DNA of 64,000 bases from Candidatus Spyradenecus sp. (lineage in GTDB: Bacteria > Verrucomicrobiota > Verrucomicrobiia > Opitutales > UBA953), in NCBI GenBank assembly GCA_045535075.1, contig JAZSKX010000007.1, forward strand, positions 128,001-192,000, read 5' to 3'. How positions within the stretch are numbered: the stretch's first letter is position 1; every line of letters starts with the position of its first letter. The notes beneath the pieces were generated by a model. That model searched no databases. It saw nothing but the letters and a program-made list of their open reading frames with translations, and had not been told where the DNA came from. Position numbers and translations under genes: made by a program. Below, piece after piece: positions 28,890-37,868 of this stretch.

Positions 28890-29903
28890 ATGAAATCCCG
28901 TTTGCTTTCTGCTTTGTTGTTCGTTGCCGGAAGCTTGGCGGCTTCGGCGCTGTCGCCGGACGAAATCGCCGATTTAAAATATGCCGCCAACAAAGGCGAA
29001 GTTCCCGCGATTATTCGCATGGCGGAATGCTACGAACGCGGCGACGGCGTTCCCGCCGATAAAATGACCGCGCTCGCGTATTATCTGCTGGCTTTCAAGC
29101 AGGATGCGAAAAATGAAAAATTGAAAAATCGCATCGCAGAGCTCGGCGGAGAACGTTTTTTGCCCGGCGGGAGCGGCGTTTCCGGAAAATCATTTGTCGC
29201 GGATTTGGGCGGTGGCGTAAAAATGGAGCTTTTGCCGATTCCTGCGGGAACGTTTACGATAGGAAGCTCGGAAAGTGAAGAAGGACGATTCTACGATGAA
29301 AGTCAGGTTCGCGTGCGCATTACGAAACCGTTTTATCTCGGGAAAACGGAAGTAACGCAGGCGCAGTGGAAAGCCGTCATGGGAAATAATCCTTCGTATT
29401 TCAAAGGCGACAATTTGCCGGTGGAAACGGTTTCTTGGGAAGATGCGATGGCGTTTTGCCGCAAGCTGACGGAGCGGGAACGCAAAAAAGGTTTGCCTGC
29501 CGAATATACATTTACGCTCCCGACAGAGGCGCAATGGGAATACGCTTGCCGTGCGGGAACGACGACGCGGTTTTGCTCCGGCGACTCGGAATCCGCTTTG
29601 TCCAAGGTCGCTTGGCGGGACGGAAACAGCGGGAAGAAAACTCATCCGGTCGGGACGAAGTCTCCGAATGCGTGGGGACTTTACGATATGCACGGGAACG
29701 TGTGGGAATGGTGTTCGGATTGGTATGCGGAGTCTCTGCTGGGCGGGAACGATCCCGCGGGGGCTTCAGGCTCGAGCCGCGTGAATCGCGGTGGGGGTTG
29801 GGGCAGCTACGAGCGGAATTGCCGCTCTGCGCGTCGCGACTCCGATTTGCCCGGCTATCGCGACAGCAGCCTCGGCTTCCGCGTTGCCTTAGTTCGGGAA
29901 TAA
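28890..29903 (+). CDS. Sel1 repeat + formylglycine-generating-enzyme (FGE-sulfatase) domain protein
   Basis: Signal peptide, YERGDGV Sel1 motif, LPTEAQWEYACRAG, NAWGLYDMHGNVWEWC, GFRV. Confidence 0.9.
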   Translation: MKSRLLSALLFVAGSLAASALSPDEIADLKYAANKGEVPAIIRMAECYERGDGVPADKMTALAYYLLAFKQDAKNEKLKNRIAELGGERFLPGGSGVSGKSFVADLGGGVKMELLPIPAGTFTIGSSESEEGRFYDESQVRVRITKPFYLGKTEVTQAQWKAVMGNNPSYFKGDNLPVETVSWEDAMAFCRKLTERERKKGLPAEYTFTLPTEAQWEYACRAGTTTRFCSGDSESALSKVAWRDGNSGKKTHPVGTKSPNAWGLYDMHGNVWEWCSDWYAESLLGGNDPAGASGSSRVNRGGGWGSYERNCRSARRDSDLPGYRDSSLGFRVALVRE

Positions 29904-30021
29904 AATCCGTATTTTCTGAGCTAAAATAAATTTCGGAAAAAGCGAGCGAGTCTGCGGGCACGGCGGAGCCGCCCGCAACGAAGCGAAGCAAATTCCGAAA
30001 TTTCGGCGCCGGCGTTTTGGA

Positions 30022-30870
30022 TCAGATGCGCCGGATTTCGGGATGTTCGGCGAGGAAGGCGCGGATTTCGTGTTCCGTCATTACGTAGAATGCGGTCGAG
30101 AGTGCGTCGGCTTCGGTAGCGTTCGGCGCGAGAACGCGCGTTGTCTGCTTGCGGATTGCGGGAAGCCCGGTTCGCGGATCGACGATATGATTTCCGAGGA
30201 ATTGCGTTCCCGTGCTTCCGATTGCCCGGTTGGCGAGAAATATCGGCGCGGTTTCGTCGGAAAACCCGATTTTCCAGCCTTCGGCGTTCGGCGGTGCGTC
30301 CAGAGCGAGAATTGTCGAGCCGCCGGCGGAGAGCAGGGCGCGTTTGATATTGTGTTCCCGCAGGATTGCGGCGGCGGAGTCTAGCGCAAAGCCTTTTCCG
30401 ATCCCGCCGAGATCGAGCGCGGCGCCCGCCGTGACGCAACGAATTTCCTGATTTTCCCCGAGTGCGAGGGTTCCGAATCGGAAATCTTCAAACGCTTCCC
30501 GCCATTCGGGCATTTCTTCGCAGAATCCGCTTTCGCAGGCGGCGTTCCCGCGGTTTTGCTTTTTCCAAAAATCGATGAGTTTTCCCGCCGTCGGGTCGAA
30601 GGCGCGGCGTGTGAGGTGCGCGATTTTTTGAGCTTCGGCGAGGCAGGCGCGGGTTTCCGCCCGAAGCGCAATACTTTCGCCTGCCTTAAGTGCGTTGACG
30701 CGGGAAATATCGGACGATGCGATAAAACGGCTGAGTAGGCTTTCGAGCCGGTCGATTTGCGCGAAAGCTTCCTGCGCGGCGGCTTCGGCGTCGCTTTGCG
30801 AAACTTCGGCAAGGCGCAAATGCCAGCGTGTCGCCATCGCGACATGAGAGAAGAGGAAAATTTCGGGCAT
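30022..30870 (-). CDS. apbE: FAD:protein FMN transferase
   Basis: AMAT, FDPT, LDLGGIGKGFALD, HIVDPRTG, ADALSTA. Confidence 0.88.
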   Translation of the reverse strand: MPEIFLFSHVAMATRWHLRLAEVSQSDAEAAAQEAFAQIDRLESLLSRFIASSDISRVNALKAGESIALRAETRACLAEAQKIAHLTRRAFDPTAGKLIDFWKKQNRGNAACESGFCEEMPEWREAFEDFRFGTLALGENQEIRCVTAGAALDLGGIGKGFALDSAAAILREHNIKRALLSAGGSTILALDAPPNAEGWKIGFSDETAPIFLANRAIGSTGTQFLGNHIVDPRTGLPAIRKQTTRVLAPNATEADALSTAFYVMTEHEIRAFLAEHPEIRRI

Positions 30871-30895
30871 GGTTCGGAGAAAGCTTCGGAAAATA

Positions 30896-30926
30896 AAAAA
30901 CCTCTTCGTATCGAAGAGGTTAAAAA
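30896..30926 (-). terminator. Terminator downstream of tRNA-Gly
   Basis: AACCTCTTCG-ta-TCGAAGAGGTT hairpin with adjacent A-runs. Confidence 0.7.
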
Positions 30927-30927
30927 G

Positions 30928-31003
30928 TGGAGCGGGCGAGCGGGTTCGAACCGCCAACATCCACCTTGGCAAGGTGGTACTCTACCAATTGAGCTACGCC
31001 CGC
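30928..31003 (-). tRNA. tRNA-Gly(GCC)
   Basis: GCGGGCGTAGCTCAATTGGTAGAGTACCACCTTGCCAAGGTGGATGTTGGCGGTTCGAACCCGCTCGCCCGCTCCA; 76-nt cloverleaf with encoded CCA. Confidence 0.97.
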
Positions 31004-31051
31004 AAACTCAAATCAAATAAATGATTTAAATTATGAGTTGATATAGAATAC

Positions 31052-31960
31052 TTATTTCTCGGGAGCGTCAATATTTTTTTTGAGCATTTCGCGAATATTT
31101 TTCGGAATCGGCATGAGAGCCGCTTTTTCAAGGGCTTTGGCGAAGGGCTCCGAAAGTATCGTGCGGATGACGGGAATGATTTTTTCCCGTTTTTGAGCAG
31201 GATAAACCAGTAAAAACTGGACGGAAAGCGGATAGTCATGATTGTAAATATTCGCGGGAACGGGGCTGTACGCCGTGCTTTTTTCGCCTTTTTTGTTGGC
31301 GGGAGAGATTGCCAGCGTTTTGAGCGACGGCTGTCCGATTGGCGGCGATGCGGTAAGTGCGATGGCGTTGCCGGTGTTGAGAACGGCGCGGACGGCGTCT
31401 TCGTCGCTGTCGGTCTTGCGGATGTCTTTGTTGAATCCTGCGCGCGGGAAGACGAGGCTTTGGAAGGTAACGCCGCCGGCGTTGTCGTTTTCCGTGCTGA
31501 GGATGCGTTGGATTTTCGGTGTTCCCGTGACTTTGTCCGAGATTTCATTCCAGGAATTGAGCGGTTCTTCCGAGAAATTGGCGAAGATGCCGCGCAGTTG
31601 GAAAAGTGAAAGTTCTTCGACGGGATTGGATTGCGGGACAATCAGGTAGGAAACCTGATAGCCGATTGCGTTGGCGCGCCAGGTTTTGTCTTTGAATTCC
31701 GGAATGCTGTTTGAGTCGGCAAGCATGACGATTGCGAAGTCGATTTCGCCTTTGCGCAGCTGATCCAAAGCGACTTTGCTTCCGAGGAGCTCGCCTTCGA
31801 TGGTTATCGGCGTTGCGGATTTTTTCAGTTCTTCCCTGAGGACGGTTTCTGCGGTTCCGACAAGAAAGTCCGAGCCTGCGTATTTGAGCGTTTCGGCGTG
31901 AAGCGTTCCCGCAAAAAGTGTTCCCGCGAGCGCGGTAAGGAGCGTGATTTTTTTCAACAT
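31052..31960 (-). CDS. PstS-like periplasmic substrate-binding protein
   Basis: Signal peptide, AGSD, GS..AL, NPVEELS..QLRGIF, YPL motifs. Confidence 0.75.
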   Translation of the reverse strand: MLKKITLLTALAGTLFAGTLHAETLKYAGSDFLVGTAETVLREELKKSATPITIEGELLGSKVALDQLRKGEIDFAIVMLADSNSIPEFKDKTWRANAIGYQVSYLIVPQSNPVEELSLFQLRGIFANFSEEPLNSWNEISDKVTGTPKIQRILSTENDNAGGVTFQSLVFPRAGFNKDIRKTDSDEDAVRAVLNTGNAIALTASPPIGQPSLKTLAISPANKKGEKSTAYSPVPANIYNHDYPLSVQFLLVYPAQKREKIIPVIRTILSEPFAKALEKAALMPIPKNIREMLKKNIDAPEK

Positions 31961-31978
31961 GGTAACAAAAATAAATAT

Positions 31979-33532
31979 TTAGATTTCTTTGTCGAGAGCG
32001 CGGCGCCCGCGTTTGGCTGTGAGTCCGGCACCGATGGACGGGTCTTCAAGCAGTTTACGGTGAAAGGTTCGGCGGGAAATGCCGAGAAAATCCGCTGCCG
32101 CCGAGCGGTTGCCGTTTGCCTGAATCAGGGCTTGGCGCAGAAGGCGTTTTTCGTTGTCCTTCTTCGAGAGCGCTTCCTTGCGCGCTTTGTTGATGGAAAC
32201 GACGTTTTTACGTTTTTCTTCGAGCGCTTCCGCAAATCTTTCCGGAATATTTTCTTCGGGCAGCTCGGTTTCGGGATTCATCTCGGGAGCTTCCGTTGCG
32301 GGAACGCTCGGCATGATGTTTACTTTCTTTTGCGGCGCGAGCGGTAGCTTCAAGGTGAAACGCGGATCTAAATCGTAGGGCGTTACTTCGCCGACTCCGT
32401 CGTGCATGACGACAAGATTTTCGCAGAAATTTCTCAATTCGCGGATGTTGCCCGGCCAGCTGTAGGCGCAGAGCGCTTCCATGGCTTCGCCGGAAATGCG
32501 TACGCGCGGAAGCCCGTTTTCCTGCGCAAAAAAGTTTACGTAATATTCGATCAGAATCGGAATGTCCGTGCTGCGTTCCCGCAGCGCCGGAAGCATCAGC
32601 GCGACGACGGAAAGCCGATAATAAAGGTCTTCGCGGAATGTTCCCGCCTTTACCATTTCCGCCAGATTGCGGTTTGTTGCGCAGACGAGGCGCACGTCAA
32701 GCTGGATTTGTTTTTGGGCTCCGAGGCGTTCGATTGCATGGGTTTCGAGGAAACGCAGGAGTTTTACCTGTGTTGCCAAATCGATTTCTCCGATTTCGTC
32801 GAGAAAAAGCGTTCCGCCGTTAGCCGCTTCGAAGCGCCCGATTCGGCGTTCGTTCGCTCCCGTGAAGGCTCCTTTTTCGTGACCGAAAATTTCACTTTCG
32901 AGCAAAGTCGGCGCAATCGCCGCACAATGCACGGCGATAAACGGTTTTTTCGCACGCGGCGAGCTTTGGTGGATTAGCTGGGCGAAAAGCTCTTTGCCCG
33001 TTCCCGTTTCGCCGAGAAGCAAAACCGTCGTTTTGGCTAACGCGACGCGCTTTGCTTTTTCGACGGTCGACAAAAGCGCCGGGCTGTTGCCGACCAATTT
33101 GGAAAAATTAAATTTCTGGTTGAGCCGCGAAGACATTGCGCGGTTTTCCTTTTCCGTCGTGCGGGATTGAATTGCGCGCTGAATGACAATTTCGAGTTTC
33201 TCCAGATTGAGCGGTTTCGTGAGAAAATCGTAAGCGCCGCGCCGCATGGCTTCGACGGCGGTTTCGACGTTCCCGTAGGCGGTCATCATGATGCAAACCG
33301 GCTTGTGCGGGAGCTGCAAGGCGTAATCGACGACGGAAAGCCCCGACTTGCCGGCCATGCGCAAATCCGTAAGGACGACATCAAAGTTTTCCGAATCCAT
33401 CAGGCGCAGAGCTTCATCGGCGTTGCTTGCCGTGTAGACTTCGTAACTGTCTTCAAGTGTCGACGCCAAGCCTTCGCGCGTGTTTCTTTCGTCATCAACA
33501 ATCAGGAGGGAAGCTTTCATATAATGCGACAT
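31979..33532 (-). CDS. Sigma54-dependent response regulator (NtrC/AtoC family)
   Basis: Receiver domain (VDDE, TDLRM, KP), GETGTGKE, GAFTGA, WPGNIREL, Fis-type HTH; true start MSHYMKAS. Confidence 0.93.
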   Translation of the reverse strand: MSHYMKASLLIVDDERNTREGLASTLEDSYEVYTASNADEALRLMDSENFDVVLTDLRMAGKSGLSVVDYALQLPHKPVCIMMTAYGNVETAVEAMRRGAYDFLTKPLNLEKLEIVIQRAIQSRTTEKENRAMSSRLNQKFNFSKLVGNSPALLSTVEKAKRVALAKTTVLLLGETGTGKELFAQLIHQSSPRAKKPFIAVHCAAIAPTLLESEIFGHEKGAFTGANERRIGRFEAANGGTLFLDEIGEIDLATQVKLLRFLETHAIERLGAQKQIQLDVRLVCATNRNLAEMVKAGTFREDLYYRLSVVALMLPALRERSTDIPILIEYYVNFFAQENGLPRVRISGEAMEALCAYSWPGNIRELRNFCENLVVMHDGVGEVTPYDLDPRFTLKLPLAPQKKVNIMPSVPATEAPEMNPETELPEENIPERFAEALEEKRKNVVSINKARKEALSKKDNEKRLLRQALIQANGNRSAAADFLGISRRTFHRKLLEDPSIGAGLTAKRGRRALDKEI

Positions 33533-33684
33533 ATTTTCCTTATTTCTTGTCGGGTTCGCGAGAAAATTTTTTTGCGGCGCGGGAACGCGTAAATTCTTGC
33601 GGTAATTCTTGAAGGTCGGAATCTGAGAGCGCGGCGGGTTTTTCTTTAAAAATCCTGAAATTTTCAGCTTCACCGAATTCGGGC

Positions 33685-33713
33685 TTGCAAGATGAGGGAG
33701 AGAGCGAGAGAAT
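33685..33713 (+). promoter_or_regulatory. Putative sucCD promoter
   Basis: TTGCAA-17 nt-GAGAAT. Confidence 0.4.
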
Positions 33714-33781
33714 GCCAAAACGAGCGCGCTTCGGCGTATTTCTCCGCGGCGGGCTCTGTCGAACTTTAACTCAGTTATTTT

Positions 33782-34984
33782 ATGAATATCCACGAATATC
33801 AAGCGAAGCAGCTCTTTGCGGAATACGGGATTCCGGTTCCCTTCGGCGTTGCTTGTCAGAAAGAAGAAGAATTCGCCGCGGCTATCGACCAGATTCCGGG
33901 CGAGCTTTACGTCGTTAAGTCCCAAATCCATGCGGGAGGACGCGGCAAAGGCACGTTCACGGACGGCTATCAGGGCGGCGTCAAAGTGACGAAAACCAAA
34001 GAAGATGCGCTTGCGGCGGCGAAAGCCATGCTCGGTAACACGCTCGTTACGAAGCAAACCGGTCCCGCAGGTCGCGTCGTGCGCACGATTTATTTCAACG
34101 AAGCTTCCTCGATTAAGCACGAATACTATCTCGCCGTTCTTCTCGACCGCGCGACCTCGAAGCCGGTCGTTATCGCTTCCACCGAAGGCGGTATGAACAT
34201 CGAAGAAGTCGCCGAAAAAACGCCGGAAAAAATCGCCAAGGTTTGGATCGACCCGGCAATCGGCATGCGCGCTTATCAGGCGGGCGAACTCGCGTTCGCG
34301 CTCGGCTTTGAAGGCGACGAAGCGAAGCAGTTCAAAAAGCTCGTGATGAACCTTTACAAACTCTTCGCCGCGAAGGATTGCTCGCTTGTCGAAGTCAACC
34401 CGATGGTTTCCACGAACGACGGGCAGGTCATCGCTCTCGACGCGAAAGTTTCTTTCGACGACAACGCGCTTTTCCGCCATCCGGAAATCGAAGCGCTCCG
34501 CGACATCACCGAAGAAGACCCGAAGGAAGTTGAAGCCCGTAAATACGACCTCAACTACATCGCTCTCGACGGCTCCATCGCGTGCCTCGTCAACGGCGCA
34601 GGACTCGCCATGTCCACGATGGACATCATTAAGCACTGCGGCGGTTCTCCCGCAAACTTCCTCGACGTCGGCGGCTCCGCGACGGTTGAACAAGTTACGG
34701 CGGCGTTCCGCATCATCACGCAGGACCCGAACGTCAAGGGCATTCTCGTCAACATCTTCGGCGGCATCATGAGCTGCCTCACGATTGCCGAAGGTATTGT
34801 TGCCGCCGCCAAGACGGTTGAAATCAAGGTTCCGCTGATCGTTCGCCTCGAAGGCAATCAGGTCGAAGAAGGCAAGAAAGTTCTCGCCGAAAGCGGCTTG
34901 AAAATCACGCCGGCGGACAGCCTTATCGACGGTGCGCGCAAGGCGGTTGCCGAAGTCAACGCTTACGTTGCCGCGAATCAATAA
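33782..34984 (+). CDS. sucC: Succinyl-CoA synthetase beta subunit
   Basis: [42 protein letters not shown]. Confidence 0.97.
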   Translation: MNIHEYQAKQLFAEYGIPVPFGVACQKEEEFAAAIDQIPGELYVVKSQIHAGGRGKGTFTDGYQGGVKVTKTKEDALAAAKAMLGNTLVTKQTGPAGRVVRTIYFNEASSIKHEYYLAVLLDRATSKPVVIASTEGGMNIEEVAEKTPEKIAKVWIDPAIGMRAYQAGELAFALGFEGDEAKQFKKLVMNLYKLFAAKDCSLVEVNPMVSTNDGQVIALDAKVSFDDNALFRHPEIEALRDITEEDPKEVEARKYDLNYIALDGSIACLVNGAGLAMSTMDIIKHCGGSPANFLDVGGSATVEQVTAAFRIITQDPNVKGILVNIFGGIMSCLTIAEGIVAAAKTVEIKVPLIVRLEGNQVEEGKKVLAESGLKITPADSLIDGARKAVAEVNAYVAANQ

Positions 34985-35007
34985 TTTTTAAGAGAAAGAT
35001 TTAGACA

Positions 35008-35892
35008 ATGAGTATTCTCGTCAACAAGAACACGCGAGTCGTCGGTCAGGGTATCACGGGTAAAGCCGGATCCAAGCACGCGCTTAACAACATTGCTTAC
35101 GGCACGAACTACGTCGCGGCGGTGACGCCGGGTAAGGGCGGGCAGAAGTTCAACGATTCGCTCCCGGTTTTCAACACGGTCCGCGAAGCCGTTGAAAAAG
35201 AAGGCGCGAACACGTCCGTCATCTTCGTTCCGCCGCCTTTCGCGGCAGAAGGGATTATGGAAGCGATCGACGCGGGCATTCAAACCATCGTCTGCATCAC
35301 CGAAGGGATTCCGGTGCGCGATATGGCGCTCGTGAAGGAAAAACTTCGCCAGGCTCCGGGCGTTCGCCTCATCGGTCCGAATTGCCCCGGTATCATGACG
35401 CCGGGCGAATGCAACATCGGTATTATGCCGGGCTACATCGCCAAGCCGGGTCGCGTTGGTATTCTTTCCCGCTCGGGAACGCTGACTTACGAAGGTATGT
35501 ATCAGCTCACGCAACGCGGTTACGGGCAATCGACTTGCGTCGGTATCGGCGGCGACCCGATTCAGGGTCTCACGCACCTTGACGTTGTCAAGCTCTTCAA
35601 TGAAGACCCGGACACGGACGCGATTCTGATGATCGGCGAAATCGGCGGCACTGCCGAAATCGAAGCTGCCGAATACATCAAAGAACATGTCAAAAAACCG
35701 GTTGCGGCGTTTATTGCCGGTCGCACGGCTCCTCCCGGTCGCCGCATGGGTCACGCAGGCGCGGTCGTCGGCGGCAAAGGCACCTCGGCGGAAGACAAGG
35801 TTCGCGCGCTCCAGGCGGCAGGTATCGCCGTTGCGGAAACGCCGTCGCACCTCGCCGAAGCGCTTCTTTCCGTTTGGAATCCGAACGCGTAA
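35008..35892 (+). CDS. sucD: Succinyl-CoA synthetase alpha subunit
   Basis: [29 protein letters not shown]. Confidence 0.97.
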   Translation: MSILVNKNTRVVGQGITGKAGSKHALNNIAYGTNYVAAVTPGKGGQKFNDSLPVFNTVREAVEKEGANTSVIFVPPPFAAEGIMEAIDAGIQTIVCITEGIPVRDMALVKEKLRQAPGVRLIGPNCPGIMTPGECNIGIMPGYIAKPGRVGILSRSGTLTYEGMYQLTQRGYGQSTCVGIGGDPIQGLTHLDVVKLFNEDPDTDAILMIGEIGGTAEIEAAEYIKEHVKKPVAAFIAGRTAPPGRRMGHAGAVVGGKGTSAEDKVRALQAAGIAVAETPSHLAEALLSVWNPNA

Positions 35893-35921
35893 GAAAGCTT
35901 AAAGCTTAACGCTTAAAGAAG

Positions 35922-35959
35922 AACGTTCCCGTGGAAGCACTCGCGGGAACGTTTTTTTT
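35922..35959 (+). terminator. sucCD terminator built from a motif pair
   Basis: AACGTTCCCGTG-gaagcact-CGCGGGAACGTT followed by a T-run. Confidence 0.85.
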
Positions 35960-36086
35960 GTTTTGAAGAGCTTCAAGCTTTCTGTTCCGTTGCGCTGCGG
36001 GAACTACTTCGTCGGAAGTGTGTTCCCGCGCGTAAGAGTAGGGAAACGCGACGGAAATGCGGCGCCTTGAGCGATGTGCGCGAGCT

Positions 36087-36992
36087 TTAGGAAGCGGCTT
36101 CGGAAGCTTGGATAAATAATCCGAGGCTTTGGAGCAGGGCGTAAATCAGAAGCAACTGTGCGGATTTCCCGAGAAGCGGATTGAGTTCCCGCGGGTCTTT
36201 GTAGTTTTGGAGAGTTTTCAGAATCGGCGCCATCAGCCACGGCAAGACGACCATCGGCAAAAGAATGCAAAGCGCTTCCATGCCGAAAACAAAGCGTAAC
36301 GCCAGCGGCGAAAGAAACATAAAGACCAGATTAAATTTGTACAGCGCGACCGCAAAACCTTTGCCGAAGCGCACGACGGTCGTCCGCTTGTTGGCTTGCG
36401 CGTCCGTCTCGCGATCCCGCAAATTGTTAATTAGCAGAATGTTGTCGGCTCCGAGTCCGCAGGCGACAGCGATAATCCACATGAACGGCGGGAACGCCAA
36501 TGCTTGTGTCCACGTCGTAAATGCGACGGCAACCAACCCGAAAAATACGAGCACGAAAACATCTCCTAATCCGTGATACGCGAGCGGGAACGGTCCGAGC
36601 GAATATGCTAAACACGCGAGCACGCTGACAATTCCGACCGCGAGCATCCACATGCCGCCGAACCCGACCAGTGCTAAGCCGCAAGCCGCCGCAATGAAAA
36701 CCGCCGCAATTGCTGCCATGAGCGTTTGTTTCGGCGAGAGCCAGCCTTGCGCCGTGGCGCGTTCGGGCCCGATGCGCGCTTCCGTGTCGGCACCTTTTTT
36801 GAAGTCGCCGTAATCATTCGCGAGGTTGCTTGCGATTTGTGCAAAAAGTGCGAAGAGAGCGGCGCAGATTGCGGGAACGAGTGCAAATTTTTCGGCAACG
36901 GCGGCGCACGCCGAGCCGAGCAAAACTGGCGAGAGCGCGGCGGGAAGCGTTCGTGGGCGTGCGGCAAGAAAAAGTGCTTTTGCGGTTGTCAT
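36087..36992 (-). CDS. menA: 1,4-dihydroxy-2-naphthoate polyprenyltransferase
   Basis: ARPRTLPA, NLANDYGDFKKGAD, NNLRDRETD..ANKRT. Confidence 0.93.
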   Translation of the reverse strand: MTTAKALFLAARPRTLPAALSPVLLGSACAAVAEKFALVPAICAALFALFAQIASNLANDYGDFKKGADTEARIGPERATAQGWLSPKQTLMAAIAAVFIAAACGLALVGFGGMWMLAVGIVSVLACLAYSLGPFPLAYHGLGDVFVLVFFGLVAVAFTTWTQALAFPPFMWIIAVACGLGADNILLINNLRDRETDAQANKRTTVVRFGKGFAVALYKFNLVFMFLSPLALRFVFGMEALCILLPMVVLPWLMAPILKTLQNYKDPRELNPLLGKSAQLLLIYALLQSLGLFIQASEAAS

Positions 36993-36994
36993 CG

Positions 36995-37756
36995 TTATTG
37001 CCTGTTCCCGCAAATTTTATCGAAGGCGTCGAGTAATTCTCCCGTGCGCGGAATGACGATTTTGCGGTCGCCGCCGTCTGTCGTTTCCAAGTACGGGTCG
37101 GTCGGCGCGACCAAATCAAACGGCTCTTCCGGAAGGTTTTCTTCGTCGAACTCAATGTCGTAAATCGGGTCCTGTTCGTCGAAAATCATCGTGATGCGGC
37201 GCGGCGTCGGGTCGAGCACGCGCGCCGGATTTTCGACGCGATTTTTTTTGACGAATTCAAAGAGGCAGGGGAAACATTTTTTCTTGTAGCCGTCGACAAA
37301 GTTTTTAACCCACGCGTTGTCGTTTCGGTTTGTCAGCAAAACCGTATCCGAAAAGTGAATACAGGCGGCGAACCAGTCCGCACTTGCGGGAACGGCGGCG
37401 GCAAATTTGCAGTCAACGATGGTAGCGACGCGTGCGACGTGCCAGTCGAGGCGCTTGGCGAGCGCGGCGAGAGCCTCGATCTGATCCACGGGATCGTCTT
37501 CGCCGTCGGTCAGGAAAACGGCATTGTCTCCGGCATCGTGTGCTTCGCCGAGGTCGATGGCGTTCCCGTCGTCAAATTTCCACGTGCGCAGTGTTATCGC
37601 GGGAACGTCGGCAAGCGGTTTTTCGGCTTCGGTGTTGCGCTCGGCTTCGGCGATGTAAACGGAAGTTTCGCCGTCGAGCCCGTCGCGAATCAAATCCGCA
37701 AGGATTGCTCGCCTGCCGCAATTCGGTGTTCCGAGGAAAATATATAAATTTGTCAT
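36995..37756 (-). CDS. Hypothetical protein resembling a degenerate CobW/G3E P-loop fold
   Basis: LGTPNCGRR in the Walker A position, TIVDC, FSDTVLLTNR; abuts menA. Confidence 0.6.
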   Translation of the reverse strand: MTNLYIFLGTPNCGRRAILADLIRDGLDGETSVYIAEAERNTEAEKPLADVPAITLRTWKFDDGNAIDLGEAHDAGDNAVFLTDGEDDPVDQIEALAALAKRLDWHVARVATIVDCKFAAAVPASADWFAACIHFSDTVLLTNRNDNAWVKNFVDGYKKKCFPCLFEFVKKNRVENPARVLDPTPRRITMIFDEQDPIYDIEFDEENLPEEPFDLVAPTDPYLETTDGGDRKIVIPRTGELLDAFDKICGNRQ

Positions 37757-37771
37757 GGAAAATTATTTTTT

Positions 37772-37858
37772 AACGCAAAGATTTGTTTAAAGAAACCACG
37801 AATAAACACAAATTCACACGAATTTTAGCAGAGCGAAAATCTTTGCGTTCTTTGCGTT
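37772..37858. repeat. Small intergenic inverted-repeat element with nonamer-like repeats
   Basis: AACGCAAAGATT...AATCTTTGCGTT arms enclosing CCACGAATA/AACACAAAT/CACACGAAT. Confidence 0.45.
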
Positions 37859-37868
37859 TGAACAAAAA

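Noticed and set aside
28890..30020. Complete DGR in this window
   Set aside because: No reverse transcriptase, accessory gene or template repeat seen; kept only as a possible remote target.
30928..31003. tRNA-Gly as the integration site of an island containing the caspase operon
   Set aside because: No integrase, no duplicated tRNA 3' end found, and the neighbouring genes are host-like and motif-rich.
33533..34981. N-terminal half of the 1000-aa ORF 31979..34981
   Set aside because: Antisense shadow of sucC that happens to run into the NtrC-type gene; the receiver domain starts at 33532/33520.
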